Positions 1 through 9,773 are shown, numbered from the stretch's first letter. The stretch is 64,000 bases of DNA from Clostridiaceae bacterium (GCA_012521705.1 JAAYLX010000011.1:10958-74957); one strand, 5' to 3'. Notes: a model not told the origin generated them from the letters alone. Numbers and translations: made by a program.

Positions 1-1086
1 TAACTGCTTATTCAGCAGGTTATTGTAACTGTTATACTCATAGCCACGGGACATGAAAAACAGTACCGCCAGACCGAAGGCTCCGTAAAGAGCAATCCAC
101 TTTGCGGCTCCTCCAAGGCCAAGGGTAATGCCGCACAGCAATAAAGGAATGAGGGATTTAAAGAAACCCCTTTCATAGGACCAGGAGTCGTAATAGTCCA
201 GCATGAAATAGTACATGAGCATTATGAAGAACACCGTATAACTGTCAATAGTGGCAAGACGTGTCTGGGTAAAGTGCATAAAATCAAACATCATCATAAA
301 AGCGCAGAAAAATGCCCAGAAGGAATCTTTAAAGAAGCGCTTTGCAAGAATGTACATTAAAGAAATCATGGCGGCGCCAAACAATGTGCCCATGATACGC
401 CAGCCAAAGGGGTTCATTCCGAAGATGCTTATACCTGTGGCTATAATGGTTTTGCCAAGTGGCGGATGGGTGTTTTCATAGAGAATATTTCTTTTTTCAA
501 GCTGTTCCAGCGCAGTTCTCGGAAAATATATCTCATCAAAATAGGTGCTGTTAAGCACAGACGGCCTTTCGGGAACAAGATGCTGCTCGTCGAACATAGC
601 CTCAATCCCCGGGGTCTGGTTCTCACCATTAACACTGAACTCTTTTATTTGATTATTACCGCTGAAAAAGCCAATCTCCCTGTATTCTGCCTTGAAATAT
701 TTGTCTTTGTCATTTTCATCTTCAGTTCTCATGTACCTTGTCGTAAAACGAAGTTTTTCTGTTGCAACTTTGTCGGTTGTATAATGCCACCTGAACACAG
801 CGTTCATATCAATAAAGCTGTAGGGAACGAAATTGTCGTTCTGCCAGGCCTCTATCTCAAGACTTCCAAAACAGCCCCAGGCATTCCCCAGTCCACCGAA
901 TAACAATATTTTGTCAATTGTTACTTCCTTCCCGAAATCAATAATGAAACTTTCTCCAAGGTGTTCGGGTTTCCATCCGGTTTGGGGAGCTTTGTGATCG
1001 CCCAGGTAAAATAGAGCAATAATTAGATATATGATTGTCATTGCAATAATGATTGTTGTATCTTTTTTGCTTATTCTTCCGTTCAT
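1..1086 (-). CDS. GT39/PMT-family membrane glycosyltransferase (protein O-mannosyltransferase-like), first 362 codons; the gene continues past the window start
   Basis: Own minus-strand translation from ATG 1086..1084 (MNGRISKKDTTIIIAMTIIYLIIALFY...) stays open to base 1. It shows the FDEIYF loop-1 DE motif, an HPPLGK motif and several TM helices typical of PMT/GT39. It is missing from the ORF track because there is no stop in the window. Confidence 0.75.
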   Translation of the reverse strand, partial: MNGRISKKDTTIIIAMTIIYLIIALFYLGDHKAPQTGWKPEHLGESFIIDFGKEVTIDKILLFGGLGNAWGCFGSLEIEAWQNDNFVPYSFIDMNAVFRWHYTTDKVATEKLRFTTRYMRTEDENDKDKYFKAEYREIGFFSGNNQIKEFSVNGENQTPGIEAMFDEQHLVPERPSVLNSTYFDEIYFPRTALEQLEKRNILYENTHPPLGKTIIATGISIFGMNPFGWRIMGTLFGAAMISLMYILAKRFFKDSFWAFFCAFMMMFDFMHFTQTRLATIDSYTVFFIMLMYYFMLDYYDSWSYERGFFKSLIPLLLCGITLGLGGAAKWIALYGAFGLAVLFFMSRGYEYNSYNNLLNKQL

Positions 1087-1126
1087 TTTTTTCACCTTGC
1101 AGTTAGTATATGGCAGTAAAATCAGA

Positions 1127-2413
1127 TTAATTTATTTTCCTGTCCCTGGCAATAAATATTCTGTATCCGTTATATAGCGATAATGTATAGGTCAAGGTAG
1201 TTAAAAGAGAGAAGATAAGGGCAGTTGCGTCCCATCTGTTCAACCAGTAAATATTATAAAAGGATAATTTATATAAATACAGCTGATTTGCAAAAACCCA
1301 CACAGACACCAATGCTGCGGAAGATATATGCCTTTTGTCAAAAATGGCTGATGCCATAATAAAAATAATGGCCGGAAGAAGGTATCGCTCATGCATTTTT
1401 GTCATGAACATAAAGGCGCTGAACTGGACAAGATATGAAAAATAACAGACCGAGTGCATAGTTGCCCTTCCTTTGATTAAACAGGTGAAGGCAAAAGCAA
1501 CAGCAATTATTAATAATATATTGCCCCACCAGAAATAGTTTAGTCCCAGGAAAGGAAAGGTGTCGTTCTGAATCTGTCCCCCAAATAAAAACCAGAAATT
1601 AAATGCGTTTGCCGTGGCAAAAGGGTAATCCTGAATGCTCTTTGAATAAAGGTCAAAAAGCCAGTAGAACCAGTCAAGAAAACCCGGTATTGTACCTGAT
1701 TTTGAAGTCGGCGAGTAGAAGGGAAGGACAACGGCAAGATAGAGAAGAATTCCGGATATGAGGCCTGTTAAGAGTTTTTTTACATTTGCAACATCAAATT
1801 TGAAATTCCTGAAATAGAGATACATCACTATAGGCAGCAAAAGTCCGCTCTGGGGCTTCGTAAGAACTGCCAGAAGAAATAATAACGCGGCCAGGTTGTT
1901 TTTCTTGTATTCAAAAAGAAGCAGTACCCCAAGGAGCATTGTAGCGGGTATGGAATCAAATTGACCCCAGACAGAAGAATTCATAAAAACGCCGGGATTT
2001 ACTGCATACAAAGAAGCCAACAAAAAACCCTGCTTTTGAAGGTTGTATTTTTCAGAGAGCTTGATAATAAGAATCGAGCCTAAAAACTCAAAAACTACAG
2101 ACCAGCATTTTATCAAATAAACATGAAGCCAGGCCGGTAAAGAGAATAACTGTACAAGCTTGCCGGTAAACCATAAAAAGTACATATAAAATGGCGCGTA
2201 TACCACATGGAAGCCTGAATTCGTATAGAACTCCTTTGGACCGTTCTCTGCAAGATAGCTGCTCCAGGCAACATACCCGCCCATATCAATGGCATAGGGT
2301 TTTATTGTTGTAATAAGAAGGCGAAAAAGAATTGCACCAATTAATATCGGAAGATAGGTCATTATCCGGTCTGAAATTTCCGACGTGCTGTATTTTGAAT
2401 GCTCCTGTAGCAT
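1127..2413 (-). CDS. Polytopic integral membrane protein, putative GT-C-type glycosyltransferase
   Basis: ORF 1127..2464 has more than 10 hydrophobic segments. The preferred start is ATG 2413, with a GGAGGA SD at 2418-2423. Its stop lies 40 nt upstream of the GT39 gene start, on the same strand. Confidence 0.55.
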   Translation of the reverse strand: MLQEHSKYSTSEISDRIMTYLPILIGAILFRLLITTIKPYAIDMGGYVAWSSYLAENGPKEFYTNSGFHVVYAPFYMYFLWFTGKLVQLFSLPAWLHVYLIKCWSVVFEFLGSILIIKLSEKYNLQKQGFLLASLYAVNPGVFMNSSVWGQFDSIPATMLLGVLLLFEYKKNNLAALLFLLAVLTKPQSGLLLPIVMYLYFRNFKFDVANVKKLLTGLISGILLYLAVVLPFYSPTSKSGTIPGFLDWFYWLFDLYSKSIQDYPFATANAFNFWFLFGGQIQNDTFPFLGLNYFWWGNILLIIAVAFAFTCLIKGRATMHSVCYFSYLVQFSAFMFMTKMHERYLLPAIIFIMASAIFDKRHISSAALVSVWVFANQLYLYKLSFYNIYWLNRWDATALIFSLLTTLTYTLSLYNGYRIFIARDRKIN

Positions 2414-2502
2414 AAAATCCTCCACACATATATCATATATAAAGTGCCTCTGACGAAGCACCAAAATACGGATTGCCTATTCATTTTATCCCAAACAGGC
2501 AT

Positions 2503-2563
2503 AAAAAAAAAGCACCAAATCAGGATTTACTTATAAAATGATTGCATTCCTTTTGGCGGTGCT
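2503..2563 (-). terminator. Intrinsic-terminator-like hairpin plus T9 run inside the 5' leader of the membrane GT gene
   Basis: On the minus strand, AGCACC..AAA..AGGA pairs with TCCT..TTT..GGTGCT. A run of nine T follows (plus-strand A-run 2503-2511). Confidence 0.5.
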
Positions 2564-2624
2564 CATCTGAGATGAACTAACAAGTTGTATATATATAAAA
2601 GGAGGAATAAATAACTTCATTATT

Positions 2625-2633
2625 ATTATAGCA
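2625..2633 (-). promoter_or_regulatory. Extended -10 promoter element (TGcTATAAT) on the minus strand
   Basis: The minus strand reads TGCTATAAT at 2633..2625. The -35 is poor (CATAAT). Confidence 0.35.
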
Positions 2634-2788
2634 AAATTACCATAACTATTATGTTACTTTTTAATTATAAATTTATTAACGAATGGTTAACAAAATTCGG
2701 TAAGTCGTAAGCCTCAGGCTAATGTACTACATTGCATTTTATACTCGTATAGTTTATCATTAGTATTATCAATTATTCCGGAATTAGT

Positions 2789-2817
2789 TTGCATAATTTG
2801 CTGTATTTGCATATATA
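2789..2817 (+). promoter_or_regulatory. Sigma-A-type promoter candidate for thrC
   Basis: TTGCAT (2789-2794), 17-nt spacer, TATATA (2812-2817). Confidence 0.4.
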
Positions 2818-2863
2818 GAAGAGTTTACATCAGTTATCTTTTTTAGTAAACAGGAGTGGTAAC

Positions 2864-4363
2864 ATGGTTTTATATGACAGTACAAGGGGCGGCTGTGAGG
2901 GCCTGACTTCTGCAGAAGCAATTAAACAGGGAATTTCGCCAAATGGTGGGCTGTATGTCCCACGTTTTTTTGAACAAATATCTTTTGAGGAAATAGAAGC
3001 CCTGACAGATAAAACTTACAATGAAAGGGCAGTGGAAATATTAAAAAGATTTCTTGACGACTTTACGGCAGAAGAGCTTGAAGACTGCATAAATCAGGCA
3101 TATACAACAGAGAAATTCAACAGCAAAGACATTGCTCCACTTGTCAAACTCAATGACAGTCTCGGCATATTGGAACTCTGGCATGGGCCTACCTGTGCAT
3201 TTAAAGATATGGCTCTTCAAATACTTCCTCATTTCATGGTAAAAGCCATGAAAAAAACCGGAGAGGAAAGTGAAATAGTTATTCTTGTCGCAACCTCCGG
3301 CGATACAGGAAAAGCTGCCCTTGAGGGTTTTGCCGATGTTGAGGGCACCAGAATCATTGTCTTTTACCCTGCGGAAGGAGTAAGCGAAGTCCAGAAGTAC
3401 CAGATGATCACCCAGACCGGAAACAATGTAAAGGTTGTTGGTGTAGAAGGCAATTTCGATGATACTCAGACCGGCGTCAAAAGAATCTTTACCGACAGGG
3501 AATTAATTGAACGGATGGAGGAGAGAAAGCTAAAATTCTCTTCAGCCAACTCAATTAACTGGGGCCGTCTTGTTCCCCAAATTGTTTACTATTTTTCTGC
3601 TTATGCCGATATGATCAAGTCCGGCGCAATAAAATCCGGAGAGAAGATAAACTTTGTTGTTCCAACAGGAAACTTCGGCAATATTCTTGCAGGATTCTAT
3701 GCAAAAATGATGGGACTTCCGGTTAACAAGTTTATTTGCGCTTCAAATGAAAATAATGTACTTACAGACTTTATCCGTACCGGAGTTTATGACATAAGAA
3801 GGGATTTCATCAAAACAATATCTCCGTCAATGGATATTCTTATTTCCAGCAATCTTGAAAGACTGCTATATGAGATGTCCGGCCGTGATAGCGAGAAGGT
3901 TTCCGGATGGATGAAAGAACTCAGTGAAAACGGTTATTACAAAGTTGACTACAAAATACTTGAAAAGATACAGGAGAACTTCTGGGCAGGCTGGTCCAAT
4001 GAGGATGAAACCCTGAAAACCATTGAGTGCATATATGACGATTATAAATATGTATCTGATACCCATACAGCTGTGGGAATTGATGTCTACGACAAATATG
4101 TTATTACCACAGGGGATTTGACTCCCACTGTGGCAGTATCAACAGCCAGTCCGTTCAAGTTTAACGACAGCGTATGCACAGCTCTGTTTGGGAAAAATGA
4201 AATTGCCGGCAGGACTGAATTTGAACTGCTTGAGTTGTTATCTGAAAAGACAGGCTGGGAAGTTCCTTCCGGCCTTAAGGACCTGGACAAAAAGGAAATC
4301 AGGCACAACACCGTATGCGAAAAAGACAAGATGAAAGCCCTGGTTGAGAATTCACTGCTATAA
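2864..4363 (+). CDS. thrC: Threonine synthase
   Basis: 499 aa. PLP-lysine motif FKDMALQ and a full-length ThrC-like sequence. GGAG SD upstream. Confidence 0.95.
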   Translation: MVLYDSTRGGCEGLTSAEAIKQGISPNGGLYVPRFFEQISFEEIEALTDKTYNERAVEILKRFLDDFTAEELEDCINQAYTTEKFNSKDIAPLVKLNDSLGILELWHGPTCAFKDMALQILPHFMVKAMKKTGEESEIVILVATSGDTGKAALEGFADVEGTRIIVFYPAEGVSEVQKYQMITQTGNNVKVVGVEGNFDDTQTGVKRIFTDRELIERMEERKLKFSSANSINWGRLVPQIVYYFSAYADMIKSGAIKSGEKINFVVPTGNFGNILAGFYAKMMGLPVNKFICASNENNVLTDFIRTGVYDIRRDFIKTISPSMDILISSNLERLLYEMSGRDSEKVSGWMKELSENGYYKVDYKILEKIQENFWAGWSNEDETLKTIECIYDDYKYVSDTHTAVGIDVYDKYVITTGDLTPTVAVSTASPFKFNDSVCTALFGKNEIAGRTEFELLELLSEKTGWEVPSGLKDLDKKEIRHNTVCEKDKMKALVENSLL

Positions 4364-4391
4364 TAGAAAATTTCTCAGGAGTGATTGGATA

Positions 4392-5339
4392 ATGAACGAT
4401 AACTTGAAGGTAGAACTTGGCAAAGTCGTTAAGGAATTAATGCTTGAAAAGCTTTATTATAAGGATGAATTTGATAAGATACCCATTACTACCGCGGATA
4501 TCAACAGACCGGGTCTGCAGCTTGCAGGATTCTTTGAGTATTTCGGAAAAGACAGGGTGCAGATCATTGGTAAAGTTGAAATGACATATTTGTCAGAGTT
4601 TGATTCGGCCCAGCGCTACGAAAGGCTGAAAAAACTCTTTATGACAGGGATACCCTGTGTCGTGCTTGCAAGGGGAATGGACCCGTACCCGGAAATGATC
4701 CAGGTTGCAAAAGAGTGTAATGTTCCGCTGTTAAGAACCGATGATGTCACATCACGTTTCAGCAGTAACCTCATAGCGTTTTTGAATGTGGAACTCGCAC
4801 CCATGGAAGTAAAGCACGGTGAATTGGTAGAGGTTTATGGTGAAGGCGTCCTGATATTGGGCGAAAGCGGAGTCGGTAAAAGTGAGACCGCTCTTGAGCT
4901 GGTAAAAAGAGGCCACCGCCTTGTCGCAGATGACCTCGTGGAAATACGCCGTGTCTCCAACAAAACTCTTGTCGGAATGGCACCTGAGATTATACGCCAT
5001 TTTATAGAAATCCGAGGAATTGGAATCCTGGATGTTAAATATCTATATGGTGTAGGTTCGGTTAAAATAACAGAAAACATTAACCTGGTAATCAACATGG
5101 AAATATGGGATCCCAAAAAGCACTATGAAAGACTTGGAACTGAGGAACTTACTTATGACATACTTGGCATTAAGGTTCCTTCCCTTACCATTCCTGTAAA
5201 ACCAGGCCGTAACCTTGCAATTATCATAGAAGTTGCAGCCATGAACAACAGGCAGAAGAAGATGGGATACAATGCCGCAAAAGCTTTTACAGAGAAAATT
5301 ACTAATGATCTGACCAAAAACACTAATCTTATACCATAG
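4392..5339 (+). CDS. hprK: HPr kinase/phosphorylase
   Basis: Walker [10 protein letters not shown] and an HprK C-terminal domain. I chose start ATG 4392 (MNDNLKV) after AGGAG, rather than ORF-track start 4344. Confidence 0.9.
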   Translation: MNDNLKVELGKVVKELMLEKLYYKDEFDKIPITTADINRPGLQLAGFFEYFGKDRVQIIGKVEMTYLSEFDSAQRYERLKKLFMTGIPCVVLARGMDPYPEMIQVAKECNVPLLRTDDVTSRFSSNLIAFLNVELAPMEVKHGELVEVYGEGVLILGESGVGKSETALELVKRGHRLVADDLVEIRRVSNKTLVGMAPEIIRHFIEIRGIGILDVKYLYGVGSVKITENINLVINMEIWDPKKHYERLGTEELTYDILGIKVPSLTIPVKPGRNLAIIIEVAAMNNRQKKMGYNAAKAFTEKITNDLTKNTNLIP

Positions 5340-5408
5340 TTCATTAGTTTTCTGAATATATAATCTTGTGGGTATTACGGGGGTTAGCGGAACAGGAAGT
5401 GAATTTGC

Positions 5409-6317
5409 TTGCAAAACGTAATAGATGAATTGATTGATATATGCGGATCGGATTCGGTATTACAGAATGTATCGCTGAAAGATTACACATCCATGAAGGT
5501 CGGCGGAAATGCTGATGTTGTTATAGAGCCTGATTCTATTGTAAAAATCAAAGATTGCATATGTGCTCTGCGGAAGGGAAATGTCCCTTATATGATTATG
5601 GGGAATGGTTCCAACCTTATCTTTTCAGACGAGGGATTCCGCGGGGTAATTATAGAGGTTTCCTCCAGGTTTTCAAAAATAGAGGTAAATGGCGAGTATA
5701 TGGTGGCTGAAGCGGGAGCTCTGCTTTCCCGGGCAGCCAACCTGGCACTGGCTAATTCCCTTACAGGACTTGAGTTTGCGTCTGGAATTCCGGGAACCAT
5801 AGGTGGCGCTGCATATATGAATGCGGGAGCCTATGGTGGTGAGATGAGCTCTGTAATTGTAGAGACCCTCAACCTGGACAGGGATGGCAATTTCATCATT
5901 CTCAAAGGTGAGGAACATAATTTTTCTTACAGGAACAGCAGAATTCAACAGGATGGGCTGATTTGCCTCAAGGTTACCATGAAGTTGCAAAAAGGCAATC
6001 CTGAAGAAATTCGTGCAACAATGAATGATCTGAACGCCCGGCGGCAGGAAAAACAGCCACTGGATATGCCAAGCGCGGGAAGTGTTTTCAAGCGTCCGGA
6101 AGGCCATTTCGCCGGAAAGCTTATTCAGGACTGCGGTCTAAGAGGTTTTTCAATAGGCGGGGCTCAGGTTTCTGAAAAACACTGTGGTTTTATTGTAAAT
6201 ACCGGAACGGCAACAGCAAAAGATGTTGTGGACCTGATCGACTACATCCAAAAAACCGTGTATGAAAAAACCGGAATACTACTGGAGCCGGAAGTCAGAA
6301 TTATCGGGAGGTCTTAA
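5409..6317 (+). CDS. murB: UDP-N-acetylenolpyruvoylglucosamine reductase
   Basis: 302 aa with an FAD-binding MurB-like sequence (GGNADV, GIPGTIGGA, SYRNS). TTG start. Confidence 0.9.
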   Translation: MQNVIDELIDICGSDSVLQNVSLKDYTSMKVGGNADVVIEPDSIVKIKDCICALRKGNVPYMIMGNGSNLIFSDEGFRGVIIEVSSRFSKIEVNGEYMVAEAGALLSRAANLALANSLTGLEFASGIPGTIGGAAYMNAGAYGGEMSSVIVETLNLDRDGNFIILKGEEHNFSYRNSRIQQDGLICLKVTMKLQKGNPEEIRATMNDLNARRQEKQPLDMPSAGSVFKRPEGHFAGKLIQDCGLRGFSIGGAQVSEKHCGFIVNTGTATAKDVVDLIDYIQKTVYEKTGILLEPEVRIIGRS

Positions 6318-6319
6318 TA

Positions 6320-7195
6320 ATGCAGTTTCTGATAATCACAGGTATGTCCGGTGCCGGAAAAAGTCTGTGTGTAAAATACTTTGAAGACATTGGGTATTTC
6401 TGTGTGGACAATATGCCCCCACAGCTTATACCCAAATTTGCTGAAATTACATTGCAGAGTAAGTCCGAATTGGAGAAAATCGCTTTTATTATAGACATCA
6501 GAGGCGGGACAATGTTTCTTGAGCTAATGCCCGCTCTGGATACCCTTGCTGAAATGGATATTGAATATAAAATACTTTTCCTTGATGCCACTGATGAGGT
6601 TCTGATAAAACGGTTCAAGGAGACAAGGCGCATGCATCCGCTGTCCCATGACGGACGTGTATCAGAAGGAATCAGTGAAGAGAGGCGTATATTACAGTCT
6701 ATAAAGGATAAGGCAGATTATGTCATTGACACATCAAATCTTTTGCCAAGGCAGCTTAGAGAGGAAATTATCCAGCTTTTCCTTGAAGGCAAAACTTTTA
6801 AGGGCCTGATTGTAAGAATTGTTTCCTTTGGCTTTAAATATGGCATTCCTATTGATTGTGACCTGGTTTTTGACGTGCGCTTCATATCCAATCCCTATTA
6901 TATACCTGAACTTAAGCCCAAAACCGGGTTGGATGCCGAAGTGTCCAATTATGTCATGAGTTTTCCGGAAAGCAGATTGTTTTTGAACAAGCTGACAGAA
7001 ATGATCAATTTTTTGCTTCCCCATTATGTAAAAGAGGGTAAAAGCCAGTTGATTATTGGTGTTGGATGCACGGGCGGGAAACACCGTTCTGTTACTCTGG
7101 CTGAAAAGCTTTTTTCCAGACTTAAACAGAAGGAATACAGTGTCGTAATAGAACACCGGGATATTGATCGGGATAACAAAGGAGCGTCTTTATGA
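6320..7195 (+). CDS. rapZ: RNase adapter / nucleotide-binding protein RapZ (YvcJ)
   Basis: P-loop GMSGAGKS at the N-terminus. Conserved position between murB and yvcK. Confidence 0.9.
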   Translation: MQFLIITGMSGAGKSLCVKYFEDIGYFCVDNMPPQLIPKFAEITLQSKSELEKIAFIIDIRGGTMFLELMPALDTLAEMDIEYKILFLDATDEVLIKRFKETRRMHPLSHDGRVSEGISEERRILQSIKDKADYVIDTSNLLPRQLREEIIQLFLEGKTFKGLIVRIVSFGFKYGIPIDCDLVFDVRFISNPYYIPELKPKTGLDAEVSNYVMSFPESRLFLNKLTEMINFLLPHYVKEGKSQLIIGVGCTGGKHRSVTLAEKLFSRLKQKEYSVVIEHRDIDRDNKGASL

Positions 7196-8451
7196 AATCG
7201 CCCAAGTGGTTCCAGATTGGTTTAAAATTTAAAAAGTGGCTTCTGAGCGGTATTTTAGGAGCCGTACTTTTATTACTGGCCATGCTAATCCTGCTGAAGG
7301 ATATAGACGTGGGGCCGGTGCAATTGGGAGCTTCAATTGTTCTCGCGGTTTTGGGAATTTATTTTATAATTCTATGCTTCAGAAATATTTTTATTAAGTT
7401 TGTCAATGTCTATTCCAGCGGAATACTGAGAAAACCTTCAAATGTCCGTGAAATAGGGGATGTTATTTATAAACGAAAGGTTCTTTCCATGGGCCCGAAA
7501 ATAGTGGCAATCGGTGGTGGAACAGGCATTTCATCAATGCTAAGGGGGCTTAAGGAATACACCAGCAATATTACGGCTATAATTACCGTGGCCGATGACG
7601 GCGGTGGTTCCGGTACCCTCAGAAATGACCTGGGAATGCTTCCGCCGGGAGATATAAGGAACTGCCTGATTGCTTTGGCTGAAACCGAGCCGGTCATGGA
7701 AAGACTCTTGAACTACAGATTCAAAGAGGGTTCACTGAAAGGACAGAGCTTTGGAAACCTCTTTCTTGCAGCCATGAACGGAATCTCTGACAGCTTTGAA
7801 CAGGCCGTAAAACACATGGGGCAGGTTCTTGCGGTCACCGGAAGGGTTTTGCCGGTAACAGAGGATAATATTTATCTTGTGGCAGAGCTTGAAGACGGTA
7901 CATATGTCCGGGGAGAATCCAATATCGGGCACCATCATCTTACACATCCGGGTAAAATCAAGAGGGTAATGATTGATAAGCCCGGCGCAACGCCTCTACC
8001 GCAGGTAATTCAGGCTATTCATGATGCCGATATTGTAATTTTAGGTCCCGGAAGCCTTTATACAAGCATCATTCCAAATCTTTTGGTGGATGGTGTGGCC
8101 CAGGCGGTTTTTGAAACCCGGGCAATCAGGATCTATGTATGCAATATTATGACCCAGCCCGGAGAGACTGAAGGATATACTGCTTCGGAACATATCAGGA
8201 CATTGTTTGAACACGCAAAAAGGCAGATTGTTGATGTGTGCCTGGTAAACAACGGTAAAGTTCCATCCCATATACTCAGAAAGTATGCTGATGACGGAGC
8301 CGCGCAGGTCAAAGTTGACGCTGATGAGATAAAAAGAATGGGAATCAATCTTGTGGAAAGGAATCTTGTCAAGATAAACAATGATCTTATCCGCCATGAT
8401 CCCCAGAATCTGACTCAGGCAATAGCCGATATATACAAGATGTATTCATAA
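7192..8451 (+). CDS. yvcK: YvcK/CofD-family protein (gluconeogenesis factor-like) with an N-terminal two-TM extension
   Basis: GGGTG motif and a YvcK-like core from about residue 100. The start overlaps the rapZ stop (ATGA). Confidence 0.85.
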   Translation: MKSPKWFQIGLKFKKWLLSGILGAVLLLLAMLILLKDIDVGPVQLGASIVLAVLGIYFIILCFRNIFIKFVNVYSSGILRKPSNVREIGDVIYKRKVLSMGPKIVAIGGGTGISSMLRGLKEYTSNITAIITVADDGGGSGTLRNDLGMLPPGDIRNCLIALAETEPVMERLLNYRFKEGSLKGQSFGNLFLAAMNGISDSFEQAVKHMGQVLAVTGRVLPVTEDNIYLVAELEDGTYVRGESNIGHHHLTHPGKIKRVMIDKPGATPLPQVIQAIHDADIVILGPGSLYTSIIPNLLVDGVAQAVFETRAIRIYVCNIMTQPGETEGYTASEHIRTLFEHAKRQIVDVCLVNNGKVPSHILRKYADDGAAQVKVDADEIKRMGINLVERNLVKINNDLIRHDPQNLTQAIADIYKMYS

Positions 8452-8472
8452 TGACAACGGGAGGTCTGTTCC

Positions 8473-9420
8473 TTGTCTTTTTCAATGGATGTAAAAAACG
8501 AATTAAGCCGTTTGGAAGATAATAATCTGGAGTCAAAAAAGTTCCTTCTCATGGGTCTTCTAAGGACGGGTCTTGTCCTTAGAAGCTATAAGAAAGAAAA
8601 AAGACTCGTTTTTATTACTGAAAATGCCGCGCTTTCAAGGCATCTTTTTTCGCTGGTAAAGGAAATTTCTCAGAACAGCCCCGGCGTTGTCATGCTGAAG
8701 ACCAGGCGTTTCAGGACACATACAATCTATGGCATTGATTTTACCAAGCTGATTAGAAATGATACACACGGTATGCTCAAATCAATGGGCATATCTTTGT
8801 CACCGGAAGGTGATGCACTTTCCTATGAGCCAATTTTCATAAAAAGCCGTACTCATAAAAGAGCTTATATCAGAGGTTGTTTTCTTGCCACCGGTTCAAT
8901 TTCAGATCCCGATAAATCTTATCATCTGGAGATAACCTTTGCCAACCACATGCTGACTGAGGAATTTATTGATTTTTTAAAGGATTTTGATATTCAGGCC
9001 CGCCAAATCATGAGAAAAGGGTATTATCTTGCATATCTCAAAGAAGGTCAGGAAATTGTGGACTTTTTGAATGTCGTTGGTGCCCACAGCTCTTTGATGG
9101 ATCTGGAAAATATCAGGATATTGAAGGATATGAGAAACCAGGTTAACAGGATAGTAAACTGCGAGACCGCAAATCTTGAAAAGACCGTTAAAGCCGCTTA
9201 CCGACAGGTTGAAAATATCAAATACATAAATGATCATTTGGGTTTGGACAAGCTTCCGAAAAGTCTCCATGACATAGCTTTCCTGCGCCTTGAAAATCCG
9301 GATATTAGCCTGACCGAGTTAGGAAGGCTCCTGACACCTCCATTGTCCAAATCAGGAGTTAATCATCGCCTCAGAAAGCTTGACAAGATTGCTGAGGACT
9401 TAATGAAAAAGCAAAATTAA
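8473..9420 (+). CDS. whiA: Sporulation/cell-division transcription regulator WhiA
   Basis: 315 aa with a WhiA-like LAGLIDADG-derived core and a C-terminal HTH (SKSGVNHRLRKL). TTG start. Confidence 0.9.
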   Translation: MSFSMDVKNELSRLEDNNLESKKFLLMGLLRTGLVLRSYKKEKRLVFITENAALSRHLFSLVKEISQNSPGVVMLKTRRFRTHTIYGIDFTKLIRNDTHGMLKSMGISLSPEGDALSYEPIFIKSRTHKRAYIRGCFLATGSISDPDKSYHLEITFANHMLTEEFIDFLKDFDIQARQIMRKGYYLAYLKEGQEIVDFLNVVGAHSSLMDLENIRILKDMRNQVNRIVNCETANLEKTVKAAYRQVENIKYINDHLGLDKLPKSLHDIAFLRLENPDISLTELGRLLTPPLSKSGVNHRLRKLDKIAEDLMKKQN

Positions 9421-9484
9421 TAGGTGCAGGCGGTAAAGTCTTTATTCTAACCGCTGGCGAAGGTTTATGTAGCTGAATACTTGC

Positions 9485-9534
9485 GCAGCTTAATTGGAAC
9501 CCATTGATAGGATTCCGATTAAGCTGCTTTTTTT
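9485..9534 (+). terminator. whiA terminator
   Basis: GCAGCTTAAT (9485-9494) pairs with ATTAAGCTGC (9518-9527). A T7 run follows. Confidence 0.55.
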
Positions 9535-9543
9535 ATAAATTAA

Positions 9544-9748
9544 GCACAAAGGCTCTGCCTTTAAGCAATCCGCAGGCGAAGGCTAAAAGCTGTTGGCGAA
9601 ATGCGAAGTTCGATTGGGGGCGATCGACAGGAAGTCGAGCGAGCGGCGCTTGCCCGGATGGCAAGTTCGCCCGCGTACCCCAAGAGAACGAGCGTTAAGC
9701 CTTACAGCTTTCCTGAGCCGAGGACGCGAAAAAGGCAGAGCCTTTGCG
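9544..9748 (+). repeat. Interspersed structured element, copy 1 (~205 nt)
   Basis: About 93% identical by manual alignment to 60399-60604. The 16-bp terminal inverted pairing is 9547-9562 with 9731-9746. Confidence 0.85.
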
Positions 9749-9756
9749 TATACATT

Positions 9757-9773
9757 ATCGACATCCTGTCGAG
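9757..9773. promoter_or_regulatory. Inverted pair of Spo0A-box-like heptamers (ATCGACA tcc TGTCGAG)
   Basis: Each half matches the TGNCGAA consensus at 6 of 7 positions. The pair lies about 150 nt upstream of the spoIIA promoter candidate. Confidence 0.25.

Noticed and set aside
251-903. + strand ORFs (76 and 145 aa) at the left edge
   Set aside because: They overlap the minus-strand GT39/PMT gene, which has clear family motifs (DE motif, HPPLGK) and an SD. The + frames have no such support.
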